Source: Azolla caroliniana (taxonomy: Eukaryota; Plantae; Polypodiophyta). From it: 64,000 bases of DNA. Location: assembly GCA_043228905.1 (NCBI GenBank), contig JBHGNT010000004.1, positions 4,154,001 through 4,218,000 on the forward strand, written 5' to 3'. Both the position numbers and the translations under genes were made by a program. The notes below the pieces were generated by a model, which saw only the letters and a list, made by a program, of their open reading frames with translations, had not been told where the DNA came from and searched no databases. This document shows, one piece after another, positions 25,099 through 38,400 of the stretch (within the stretch, counting starts at the first letter, position 1; each line of letters opens with the position of its first letter).

Positions 25099-28000
25099 AT
25101 GGCTTCTTCCACTCACATGGTGCACCTTCTTATGATCATGGCCTACATGTATTCCACCATTACCCTATCATCCTTGGTATGGTGTGGCGGCCCGAGCCCG
25201 CAAGCATCCGGCATTGTCCGAGAGAATGATGATGATGATGACACTAGTCTTGGTACCAACAACATCCCCGCGCTCTTCCTCTTCGGAGACTCGATCGCCG
25301 ACACCGGTAACAACAACTGGCTTTTCACACTCGCCCGCGCCGACTTCTACCCTTACGGCAAGAACTTTGTCGACCGCGTCCCCACCGGACGCTTCTGCGA
25401 TGGCCTCCTTGCGGTCGATTATCTCGGTAAATACAAAAAAGAAGAAGATAAGCCATCGTGTCTCATGGGGTCGTGCATCGTTCCTTCCGTCCAATCAGTT
25501 CCCCTCCCCCCGATGAATTTGTTACAACTTTATTACAATTACAATTTTGTGTTTTAACAATTGAGCTAGACTAGGCACATTAGCTATTGTTGTTACTAGG
25601 GGGCTACTTGGAAGGCAAAAGTAGGGGTTAATTAGGGCTACAATCCCCTTTAGGGGTTAATTAACGCGAGTATAGACCCGTTTGTTGTTAGTAAAGGTTA
25701 ACTAAGGCTAGAGTAGCACATTAGCTACGTTTCATTATTAAACAAGGGCCTATTAGGGATATGGTAGATGAATTAGCTACCTTTCGTCGATAAACAAGGG
25801 CCCTCTAGGGATATAGTAGATGAATTAGCTACCTTTCGTCGTTAAACAAAGGCCTATTAGAGAGGTAATGGACTAGAGTGCCCATGAAAAACTTCCTTTC
25901 CAACCTAGCAAAATGTGTGTGGCTCGGTTTATGTGCATGCAAATTTCATGAACATCTAGTTTTATGTGGAGATATGTTAAAAAACAATTGCCGGAAGATT
26001 TTAGAATGTTTGTTTTCCGTATACACTATAAATATAGCATTGGGTTCTCAGAGATATTCTAATAGATGCATGGTTATCATTTCCCATGCAGCTATCTTCT
26101 TAGGGCTCCCTTTTGTGCCCCCTTACCTTTATTGTGGAGACAACATTTTACATGGAGTATGCTTTGCGTCGGCTGGTTCGGGAATTCTAGATACTACTGG
26201 AGCATTTTATGTAAGACCCCAAGAGTAAACATAAGAAGGAAACAAAATATTAGCCTTGTTTTCCATTTACATGTATGATGTGTGAAATATTAATTGTATA
26301 AGTTCATTGAACATGGATTCATCTCAAGATGGTTCAAGTGAGGAATATAGTTTAGCCATATTTTGTTAAACATGAAATGTTTCTCGATTTCCCTAATAGT
26401 GCCTTTATTGGAATTGCTGCCTAGGGACAACGCATACCATTATCGAAGCAAATTGACAATTTTAAAGACGTGAAGCAAAGACTTGTCACCAAGATTGGGC
26501 AAGAGCAAGCTTCCCTCCTAATTTCGAAGTCCCTTCATCTAATTGTCACTGGAAGCAATGATTTCTTTAGTTACTATGACGCAAGCTCCATTTTATCTCC
26601 TCACGATGTTGGATTTCCACCCACATTCCAAACGAACTTGTTGAGTCAATTCGTGTCCCAATTACAGGTATTGACCATTCAAATATACCTGTCAAATTTG
26701 CACAACAATTTAACCCAAGGATTTCTCTAGTTCAATTAAGTCGTTTTGTAAACACAATTTCTTCATGTTTCATGTCACATTTATTGTTCTATTAAGGCTT
26801 TATTATCATCAATGTACCTTATTCTTTTCCAGTGGAGTTCAAAACTCATATTTTCTAACCATATGACGTGATCATGGATGTTTAATGTCTCATGTGTAGA
26901 ACTTATATAAATTGGGAGCAAGAAAGATGTTGGTGGTATCTGTGCCACCTTTGGGGTGTGTGCCATCAATGCTATATAAGTCACACGGTCAATGCGCTAA
27001 TCCCCTCAACAATGCCATCCAATCCTACAATGTTGCCCTTCTCAATGCAATCACATCTCTTCAAGCAAGCAATTTCTCAGATGCCCACATTTTATATGCC
27101 AATGCTTATGATCTCGCTGTCAAGATCCTTAGCAATCCAATGTCCTTTGGTATGTATTACAAGTACTCATGTGTCTCTTCATACATGCCTACATGCACAC
27201 TTACATATAAACATGTGCATGCATATAAATCCTTGCACATCATCAACCAACTACTCTATAAGAATATCACAATTGCATTGAGTTAGAATCATACATTTCA
27301 ACATCTTGTATTAAATGAGCAAATTGTCAAGAGGAAAGTACGAAACCACAAGGGTTTCTCTTTACTCTCGTCATCTTAGTTCCCCATCCTAATAACATGC
27401 ACACTTACATATAAACATGTGCATGCATATAAATCCTTGCACATCATTAACCAACTACTTTATAAGAATATCACAATTGCATTGCGTTAGAATCATACAT
27501 TTCAACATCATGTATTAAATGAGCAAATTGTCGAGAGGAAAGTACGAAACCACAAGGGTTTCTCTTTACCCTTGTCATCTTAGTTCCCCATCCTTATAAG
27601 TTAAAAAAGAGAGTATAAACACAAGATGTCCATATTTCCGAAGGAAACAAAGACTTTGTGAATTTGGATCTTTATAAGCTTTCGAGAGAAATGTGGACAA
27701 AGGCAGGTCTTCACCTCTTTTGGGGAGAGAATAAAGTGGAGTTATGCTCCACCAAGGTGGCATTTTCCGCCCTCCATCACGTGCATGCATATAAATCCTT
27801 GCACATCATCTACCAACTACTTTATAAGAATATCACAATTGCATTGCGTTAGAATCATATATTTCAACATCCTATATGAATTGAGCAAATTGTCAAGAGG
27901 AAAGTATGAAACCACAAAGGTTTCTCTTTACTCCCGCTGTCTTGGTTCCCCATGCTAATAAGTTAAAAAAAAAGAGTATAAACACAAGGTGTCCATATTT

Positions 28001-28612
28001 CCAAAGGAAACAAAGACATTGTGATTTTGGATCTTTCTAAGCTTATGTCTCTCGTAAAAACATATATGTTTTTACAAGAGAAATGTGGACAAAGGTAGAG
28101 GGTCTTCACCTCTTTTGGTGAGAGAATAAAGTGGTGATATGCTCCACCAAGATGACTTTTTCGGCCCTCCATTATGAAAGGATCCCGATTTTAGATGTGT
28201 AAATGTTGTTTCTAAGGTAGCTACGTGAGAGCTTTTGCTATTTGACATTTTGGTTGATGTGGTATGATGGTTGTGTTTTCATGTATGAGTTTTGTAGCGT
28301 TTGGGCATATTTCCATCAAAATCGTTCTAAACAAAGCCAATTTGTGTGATTTTGATAATTCTTTGTGGTTTTTTGTGTGTCTAAGGGTTTAATGATTCGA
28401 GGACAGCATGTTGCGGATTAGGAGAATTTGGAGGGGCAGCAAGTTGCTTTCCTCTCATAGATTCCCTTTGTTCAAACGCGTCAAACCATGTATTTTGGGA
28501 TTATGTCCACCCAACTAGTGCGGCATACCACATGATCGCACGTCGACTTTGGGATGGCTCTGTCGATGATATTCTCCCTTTCAACCTTCGACAACTCTCC
28601 CTCCTTGTCTAA
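25099..28612 (+). CDS. GDSL-type esterase/lipase (SGNH hydrolase), secreted
   Basis: Five exons 25099-25426, 26092-26210, 26425-26667, 26900-27149, 28386-28612. Motifs: signal peptide, LFLFGDSIADTGNN, PTGRFCDG, GVCFASAGSGI, GSND, GARKMLVVSVPPLGCVP, FWDYVHPT (DxxH), TAA stop. Confidence 0.93.
27190..28172. repeat. Segmental tandem duplications inside GDSL intron 4 (module A x3, module B x2)
   Basis: Module A (gtgcatgcatataaatccttgcacatcat...aaaccacaagggtttctcttta...gttccccat) at ~27190, ~27395 and ~27780. Module B (taagttaaaaaa..gagtataaacacaag...gctccaccaag) at ~27597 and ~27959. Confidence 0.9.
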
Positions 28613-31481
28613 ACCTTGTCCTCTCCTACACCATCAATCTACCTCACTTGTATTTTAAACGTTTTGTGCATCCAATGACACTCAAGGATTGTTGCAACTC
28701 AATAAAAAGGATCTATTATTAAACTCATTCATGTATGTATATTGGCAAGTACTCATAAAGTAACATTTATGGCTTTCATAAAACTACACAATAATTATGC
28801 ATGAGCATATTTTAAGTTGGATTAACTCTTGAATCGTTGATAGTTGTCTAATGACTGAAAAATAACATGCGTAGCTCATGTGAAACTACATGTTGCAACA
28901 ATGGTAGGCATAACCAAGTCCATTTGATTCTTCGACCTGCAATATTGCTTACGGACTTAACAACAATTTTATGGACAAAAATGTAAATTATTTAACCAAT
29001 TCAATTTGATACTTAAATCCCTGAAATTTGCTCAGTGAATCACAACAATTCAATGTAGTGCATTGTAAATGGCAATAATACCACCTTCACTAGTGTTTTG
29101 GATAGAATGTTAATTTCAATGTTGTAAAAGACTTTATAGTGCTCCTTAATGTTGTGGAAAACTTGGAAGTTGGAAATGCCAATGATGTATACAATCTGCA
29201 TAGCCAAACCCGTTGTTCCATACCATTCCCTATTACCTCTTTGGGTAATGAAATCATAGCTAAAGTAAAACATCTCATGAAATGTGTTTATTTGGTGTTC
29301 AACCAACGGAACTTGGGAATTCTTATTCTTGTATATCAATAGTAAGTGTTTTTCATTTCAATTTGATTATTAAGCATTTGAGTGTTGTGCGAGTTATTAT
29401 GTTGATTGTCCATGTCTTTGTGCCCGCAAGATGTGGTCAACACATGTTAAAATTGTTGAATGGTTGTGCTAATGTAGTTTATCATATTGATGATGATCGC
29501 CCAAATCATATTAGGATAAGCAAAAAAGCAATGTTATAATATAATTGCATATTGGATTTGTGCCTAGACATCAATTGTTCACACACATGTTTAAATAATA
29601 ACTTTATTAACATTATCTTTTTAATGCAATGGTGTTGTTTTAACATTATCTTTTTAATGCAATAGTGTTGTTCGTCGATGCTGCAGATAATGGATGGTAA
29701 AGTGAAGTGGAATTATCAACCACCACGGCGGCTGTTCCCTCCAAGTGTACCTAACATCTACATGGGTGCTGCCATGAGGAGTGAATGGAGGACATCTATG
29801 CTGAATTCTGCTTGTATGAGGCTCATGTGGAGAATATGCGTTCAAGTAATGCTATACACATCGAATGATGTGGTGCTTTGGAGTTGTTTTTTTTTGTTGT
29901 TTCATCTACACATATTGTTTTCCTTCGACATGCAAGATGTCCTGTAAGATATGAGTTGTAAATTATCCTTTGTACATTGCTTAACTAATGGAAGTAGTTT
30001 TTTTTTTGGAAAAAAAAAAACTCTTCCTATTGGAAAGTGCAATAGCGTTGTTTTCACCATGAGCTATTTATACTTGACATTTTCAGTCCATTGTTTTGAC
30101 GTTGTGAATCTATAAGCAATAACTTTGTGAACGAGAGCAATCATTGGAAGGAGGGTATAGAGTGACATTTATCAAACAATGGATAAATGGTTTTTATTGA
30201 AATTTGATCCATGTCCACTACCTTTGATTCTTGAATTTTAGAATCTTATTGCCTTTTAATCTAATGAACGAGACACAATATTCCGATGTATCTTCTTGGT
30301 TATGATAGACCTTTTCGGTGAGGATAATTGCATTTGATAATAATAAACAATTTTATTTGAGGATACCATCCTATTGTAAGAGAATATGTCTATGCATCTC
30401 GAGGTGGCTTACATTATATTTACATATTCTCATATGCCTTGTGGATCCCTTGATAGAGAGATATTCCAAAAGTGATCGACATGACTTTAAACTCAAAAAA
30501 GCCACTTGATGAGGTACATGTAAATAGGTATATATACTTATATGAATTGTAGCAAACATCCTTCTCTGTTGGGATGTGGCGAAGTCAAGATTTCATGTTT
30601 TTGGTGTTAATAGGTAAGAACCCTTATAAATAAAGACTAGAATGATGTCTTCGCTTTGTCATTAGTAATTATTACACACTCAATTTTATAGAATATCAAT
30701 TCTGCGATGATTAGCATTGCATTTTAAATGGAAAATTTAAATTGTGGAAAATGTGTTGACGTCAATTGTTTTTGTGTGTATCAATGTGCATTGTCTTGCA
30801 AATATGCATATATGTTCTCTAAACATGGGTAGCATATTTCAAGTTGTTATAGGCGTGTAATAATTTAATGAAAGTATGAAAAAAAAACACATGTATGCCT
30901 ATTTTGCATTTTTTTGACATGATAATTTTTCTCAAGCTATATGTACCCACATTCACACACTTTTTTTTTTTTGCATTTTACAATTAGTGTGAATACATTC
31001 TAAGTCATTCATTTTGGAGACATGTTCTAAATTTATTGTGTGCTTAATATTATTATGTCAAACTAACATTTGATTGTATATAAGCATGTCAATGGCTATT
31101 CATATGTTTAATTAAGAATGCCAATGCATTAACTTGGTATGATTACATATAAGCATGTAACAATTAGTGGATGATTGCTTATGTCTTAAGTGTGTAAAAG
31201 ATGTAATGGATTGTTGGTATGTAATGGGCATTAGGATATTAGCATTATCATTAATATAGCATTCTAGTTCAAATTTTGGTTAGGATAAATTAACCTTCTA
31301 TCGAGGTTGTAACTTATAATTACAATGGCTGATTTGAATGACAAAATGATAAGAATATCAAATGCAAACAATGTGGTTTGAGAATGGCAACATTTTCACT
31401 ATCTTTTTGTAATTATACGAATTACACTTACATTAATTGTGGTATATTAATTACAAAAATTATGGTTGAGTTGGATGACAG

Positions 31482-33545
31482 GATCAATGACAAGATTAGT
31501 AAATGCAAATCACATGGAAATGGTGGGGATTAATTATGGTATGGTAGCAGACAACTTGCCACCACCAAATAAAGCAAGGGACTTGATGGTAGGGATGGGT
31601 GTCACAAAGGCCAAGATCTACAATGTGAACACAACTGTCCTCAAGGATTTCATGGGTAAAGGCATATCTTTCATTGTGGGGGTTGGCAATGAAGAATTAC
31701 ATGGGTTGGCCAATGATGTTGAAGTGGCAATGATATGGGTTAAACAAAACATAGAACCTTGGGCACCAATGATTAAGGCCATTGCAGTTGGAAATGAGGT
31801 GCTTACAACCGGGGATGCTCGCCTTATTGCTGACTTGATGCCTGCCATAATGAATGTTCATGCAGCACTTGGGCCACTAGCAACACATATAGTTGTATCA
31901 ACACCACATGCAATGTCAGTTCTTGCAACACCATCTTTCCCACCTTCAACTGCAACATTTGAACCTAGTATAAGAGATGTTGTCATGCGACCACTTGCAT
32001 TGTACTTAGCACAAACAGGGGCACCATTCATGATTAATGCATACCCCTTCTTTGCCTATAGGGCACAACCCGTCTCTATCCCATTGGCGTATGTTCTCTT
32101 TCAACCCAATCAAGGGCTTCCTGACCCTGTCACTGGCCATCTTTATTATAACATGCTTGACGCTCAGGTATTCACTCCATATTATGTCATGCCGGTAGAA
32201 ACTTATGGAAATAGCCCCATTTTTACATTAATAGTAAATGATGCACATCATAGTGAATAACCTTAAAAGAGATTCTAGAGAGGGATTTAAAATAAGTCTC
32301 ACATGTTTACTCATCCATAGATATTCCAAATATCTAAATTAGAATATATAAACATAATGGTGTAGTGGTAAAGTTGTTTACAATGTAGCATTCATGCTAT
32401 GTTGGATTATAGGGAAAACAAACATGTACTACGAAGATCATGCATACTAGCATTTGCCCATATTCATAATTTTGGTATGAGATCTTGCACCTAAAGAGTC
32501 TCCTTTGGAAATAGGATAGCATTACCCTTTAAAAGCGGTAAAATGAAAGGATCACTTATTTCTAGTGAAAATGCTCAACTATTTTTATGCAACTATATCC
32601 CATTAGTTTTAATTGAAAAGCTTGACTATTTTTAGAATTCATACTATTATATTCTAATAACAAGAGCTCGACTATTTTTCATACTTGTACAAAAACTTTT
32701 GTTCTCTAAACAATTTAGAAAGGCAAGTCGCAAAATTGATGAGGTCCTCGTTACATATCCTATACTAGTATGCACGTGTGTGAACAACAAGACATACACA
32801 CATTATGGGTTCCCAATGCCCAAATGCTCATATTGTATGTGCATTGCAAGAGATTGTGTGAATACATGTATCATCTCTTAGGTCATTTGATAGTAAGCAT
32901 GTATTTTTCAATGAGAGGGTTCCATATGATTGTGTTTGTAACACTTTCTTACTAATCAAACATTATGCATTTCACCATCGCTTCTAAGTTTACAAATTGT
33001 CTTTCAACGATTGTTTTTTTACAAACATGATCATTTGGCCCATTTTTGCTCAGGTGGATGCAGTATACTCCGCAATCAAGGCATGCTCAGGTGTCACAAA
33101 TGTCCCTGTAATTGTTACTGAAACTGGGTGGCCATCATTTGGTGATCCTAATGAGCCTGGTGCTCAACAACTAAATGCACAAACCTATAATTCGAATCTC
33201 ATAAAGCACTTGGTGTCGCGTTTAGGTACTCCACTGCAACCTCATCTCCCCCTTGAGGTGTATATATTTGCATTATTCAATGAGAACTCCAAGCCGGGCC
33301 CTTCATCAGAACGGAATTATGGCCTCTTTAAACCGGATGGAAGTAGGGCTTATGACCTTGGGTTAGTTCAAGATGACATACATTCTTCTCCTTCTACTCA
33401 AAATCCACATCCATCATCTCCTAGTAACATTCACCAAATACATCCGAATAACTTGCATAGCTCTTCTAGTGTCACCAAAACCTCAAATTTATTCATTGGA
33501 AGTACCACCATTGTTTTTATAACTTTATTATCATTGCCTCGATAA
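31482..33545 (+). CDS. Glucan endo-1,3-beta-glucosidase (GH17), probably GPI-anchored, no X8 domain
   Basis: Exons ~31482-32167 and 33054-33545. Motifs VGINYGMVADNLPPP, AVGNEVL (acid/base Glu), APFMINAYPFFAY, VTETGWPS (nucleophile), YIFALFNEN.KPGP.SERNYGLF, then a S/P/H-rich linker and hydrophobic C-terminus. The start codon and first exon are unresolved. Confidence 0.9.
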
Positions 33546-34029
33546 AGAGGCAACCTATTGTAATACAATGGTGATATTTGGAAAGTTTTTCAAGAAGCAA
33601 AGAAAGCAACGCGAAATATAGGAGGGGATCATTTTCGATTCGCCTCTTTAATTATGTTTGAGAAATTTTATTAACGTGAGGAATGTGAATTAAAAGTAGA
33701 GGGCAATAGTGTTGGTGCTTTTATTATTAACCAAGCATGATAAAACTATGTGTGTGTATTTATGGCTTGTGTCTATCCGCTACCAAATCATAAATAGGGT
33801 TGGTGAAGGAATCATGGTCACAGATGGTGAAGATCCCTCGGCTGATGGCAAGTGTGATCTGCACTGTCTGATTTGGATAAATAAGAACACACAAAAAAAA
33901 AGGTTGTCAGAGGTATCCCAACTTTGACACCTCGGTCGCCCAACCACATTTGGTCGCCCAACTCTGACCGTTGCAAGTTGGGCGACCACCGTAACAGGTT
34001 GGGCGACCTGATTAAAAAACAGTTTGAGA

Positions 34030-34280
34030 TCCAACGAAAACTTGAGTACTACTTGACATCAAAAACATGAGATGAACAACAAAAACTCGAGACAACACTT
34101 GACCTCAAAAACTTGAGATCGAACAAAAACTTGAGTACTACTTGACATCCAAAAACTTGAGATAAACAACCAAAACTTGAGATCCAACAAAAACTTGAGT
34201 ACTACTTGACATCAAAAACTTGAGACAACACTTGACATCAAAAACTTGAGACAACACTTGACATAAAAACCTTGAGACAT
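34030..34280. repeat. Minisatellite (aaaacttgag.caacacttgacatc-type units)
   Basis: About 10 recurrences of aaaacttgag / cttgacatc. Confidence 0.85.
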
Positions 34281-34871
34281 CCATTTGCAATCACACTTAC
34301 AAAATCTGGAGATATCCATCCTCGTAAAATCTCCTCGATCAACATCTGTATAGTCTTCATCAAATAAAAGCCACAATCCGAACCATTTGGTTGAGTTGGG
34401 ATATGCATTATGTGATGTCTACCCTCCAACACAATGCGGTGGTCTCCTGTTGCACTAGAAATTGTTTGAATCACGATATCGACAAGACTCCACATAGTGT
34501 CTGTCACCTCGTTGTTCAGTGGATCACAGAAGACTATTGTGTTGGTTAGCATAGAAACTTTCTGCCACATCTTTGTCCACAACACCCAATGGCCCGATAC
34601 CACAATCAGAATGAAGATGAAATCACGCTCGGCCACACGTTCGAGGATCTCTTGCACCTTCACCATTTTCTTGTGTAGCTGCACCCAAAGGGGTCGACTA
34701 TGGTGAACCGTTCTAACACCTCATGGGGCAGCGAGTACTCCATCCACATGGTGAATAATGACATGGTCCATGTGGATGCCATTTCTCCATCCTTGCACAT
34801 TATCTGAAGATTTGACCCCACAATGTCAAAGGTGAGATTGATCCTTCGGCATGCAAGCTGGTACTTGTTTC

Positions 34872-35258
34872 TGAAAAAGATTATGTGCGGAAGCAATAGA
34901 AAACGAACACAGAAAACACGTAGGTTTAATGGAAAGCTTTACAGTACGCGGGAGAGACAGAGAAAGAGCAGAACAACATAATTATATTACAAAACAATAA
35001 TAGTTCTTTGTACATGAAACGTGCTCAACAACACTATTTATACAAGTCCTGAGAAGACTGACAGAAGTACCGCGTACTTCAATGCTCACTTGAGCGTCTG
35101 GCACTGACTATGAGACTATTAACTCCCTAGTAGTCTAGCTGCTACTAGGCTTCCGGTTACTGATGGATCCAGCTAACCGGCTCCCCAGCTCACCGGCTCG
35201 CCGATCCGACTCAGGCTTGTTCAACCGATCCGGATCTGGTTGAGCTTGTCGCTCAACT
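34872..35258 (-). repeat. Copia 3' LTR
   Basis: Near-identical to 40273-40673. Confidence 0.92.
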
Positions 35259-35437
35259 CTCCCCCTCAAGCTCAACTTGAGGTCGGATCGTAGTGTCAGT
35301 CTCCATGGCAGCCGGTCCTTCCACCTGGCTCCTTTTGGCATCACTCCGCCTTGCTCGCGCTCCTTGTCCAGTCCGGTCTCGTTTGCCACGACCCTTCTGT
35401 TTCTGCGCATCTCGACCTCCTCGGTCACCTTGTCTGC

Positions 35438-38400
35438 TCAATAGGTCCAAATCAGCTCCCTTGCTGTTGTGACTTTGGCGCTTGTCGACCCACCGATTCC
35501 TTCTTGTTGGCGTCGACTTTTGCTGCCATCTCGTCCTTTGGCCTTGAATTGATCCGATTCTTCCAAATCCGTTTGTCGAACCGAATCGGTTGTCTTCAAT
35601 TCGTTCCAGCTCTTGTCCGAATCGGTTGCTCCCGATTCGTCTTCCGGTTCCAGGCCCTTCACCACATCGGACCATGTCCGGGTCTTGGCCTTCTTCTTCC
35701 GGTCGGCTCTGTCCTTCTTGACTCTACCGCCGCTGCCACTTGTTCCGACTTGTTCGGATGTGTAAACTTCCTTTGCCAACTCGACTCCTTTCTTCTTCTT
35801 GTCTCCCCCTTTGTCGGTTCTTCCCTCATCGGCGCAAGCGCAATATGCAGTTTCTTTGCCTTTGCCCATTCCAGTGTCTTTGCCTGTTCTCCCCCTCAAG
35901 TGTGGCACGTCGAGATGCTGAACACCAAGCATTTCGGTGAAGTGTTGCAAGTTGTCCGATCCGAGAGGTTTGGTGAAGATGTCGGCAACTTGTCGATCCG
36001 TATGAACATACGGAAGTTCGACTTCACCGCTCAGGACACGCTCACGCACGAAGTGGTAGTGCACTTCGATGTGCTTTGTGCGAGCATGGAATACAAGGTT
36101 CTTGGCGAGCTGCATGCTGCTTATGTTGTCGCAATAGATCAGGATCGGGGTCGGCACCTCGATCTGCAGGTCTTGCAGCAGTCGCCGGAGCCAAATGGCT
36201 TCACAGGTGGCAACGGTAGCGCCCCGGTATTCAGCCTCAATGCTCGACAGAGCCACTGTTGGCTGCTTTTTGCTGCTCCACGCAACAGCCGCGCTACCAA
36301 GGGAAAACATATAGCCGGAAGTTGAACGGCGATCTGATGCATCGTCGGCCCAGTCGGCATCCGTGTAATCGACTAGCTCTTTGGTCATACCTCGCCGGTA
36401 TAACAGTCCTCGGTCCTTCGTGCTGCTCACATACCGCAGTATTCGGTGCGCGCACTGAAGATGCTCTACGGTCAGCTTCTGCATGAATTGGCTAATCACA
36501 CCGACTGGATAGCTGATGTCGGGTCGGGTGATGGTCAAATATATAAGGCTTCCGACAATTTGTCGGAACCATTTCTCATCGCAGGCCGGTCCGGAGTTGG
36601 GACAGAGCTTCTGGTTCCGGTCCAGGGTTGTAGAAATAGGTCGGCATTCTGTCATGCCGAACTTGTACAACATATTCAACACATAGTGTCTCTGTGAGAG
36701 CAATATGTCGTCGAGGGTTCAAATCACCTCGATCCCAAGGAAGTAGTGAAGGTCCCCTAGGTCCTTCATCTCAAATGCATTCGACAGATGGGACTTAACT
36801 CGGCTGATTTCATCGAGTCCGGGTCCGATGATGACTAGATCATCAACATACAACAAGATGCATATCGGACCGTCCGAACCTTGCCGAATGAACAACGAAG
36901 AGTCAGACTTGGAGGCCAAAAACCCCATCTTACGCAACCGATGCGTGATCTTCGCATTCCAAGCTCGGGGGGCTTGCTTTAGGCCATAAAGTGACTTCTT
37001 CAGCCGACATACCATCAACTTGTTCATCCCTAACTGGAAACCAGGGGATTGGGTCATAAAGACCTCTTCTTCAAGATCGCCTTGAAGAAATGCATTCTTC
37101 ACGTCCATTTGGTGAAGATGCCACCCCCTTGCCGCAGCAACCGCTAGCACCACACGAACCATCACCATCTTCGCTACCGGAGCGAAGGTCTCGTCGTAGT
37201 CGATTCCGTGGGTCTGCGCATATCCCTTTGCTAGTAACCGGGCCTTGTACCGGTTAACTGAACCGTCGGCGTTGTACTTTACCTTGTACACCCACTTGCA
37301 TCCGATCGGTTTACAGTTACGAGGAGGGTCAACCAGGTTCCATGTATCGTTGGCATCAAGTGCCCGCATCTCTTCCTCCATAGCGGCACGCTAATTTGTG
37401 TCCCTTGCCGCTTCTACGTAGGTCTCTGGCTCACGCACTTCCACCACCTTGGTCATGTACGCATAGTGATGCACCATGTACTCATTGTATCCATACCCGG
37501 TGTAAACCACCGTTACCCGGTTTGAGGCCCTTCTTGGCCGGCTCGGTCTTTGTTGCCGAAGATCCACCTTCTTTCATACCGGAGTCAGATCCGCTCCGAT
37601 CCTACTCATTATTACTCATTTCATAATCTGGCATCTTCTTCTTCCCCTTTTCTTTGCGCGTGAACCGTCTCCTTGGTTCCTTGTGTGGGGAGAGCACGAC
37701 AGAGTCTTCACTACTCGCCGGTTCCTCATCCGATTGGTCATCTCGACTCAGCCACTCATTCGGTCCACTTAACCGAAATGAGATCGGACTCTCTTCTAGA
37801 GTGTCGACGTCCTCATCTTCTAACTGGACCGGTTCAGGCTCACTAGCCTCATCCTCTGGTATCGGGTCGGGGTCGGAAGTCGGAATCGGTAAGGCATACC
37901 ATGATGCCATCTCATCAAACTCAACATCCCGGCTAACCCGGACCTGCTTCGTCCAGGGGTTGTAACATTTATACCCCTTTTGCTCATGCGAGTAACCGAT
38001 TAGTATGCATTTCTCCGACTTTGCATCCAACTTCCTCCGCTTTTCATCTGGTACATGCACATATGCAATGCTACCGAATATCCGAAGGTGTCGCAAATTC
38101 GTCTTGCGCCCGAAAAATAGCTCATGCGCGAACACCTTGTCACCGATCCGGTTTTGGATGTAGATGGCCGTCTGGACCGCCTCCGCCCAGTAGAAATGGG
38201 GCATGCTCTTCTCCTCCAGCATCGCCCTTGCCGCGTCGAAAAGCAACCGATTCTTCCTCTCGGCTACACCATTATGTTCCGGTGTGTATCTACAGCTGAA
38301 CTCTCGCCGAATTCCTATTTGCTGCAGATAACTGTTGAATTGGCCGGAAAAATATTCTTTTCCGCCGTCCGACCACATGCACTTGATCTTCCTCTCCGAT

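Noticed and set aside
28900-30600. Possible decayed DNA transposon coding remnants (also 23300-24000)
   Set aside because: No diagnostic motif was recognisable without a search.
35351-36325. 324-aa and 271-aa (38124-38939) plus-strand ORFs as genes
   Set aside because: They are antisense shadows of the GC-rich copia pol frame with no recognisable domain.
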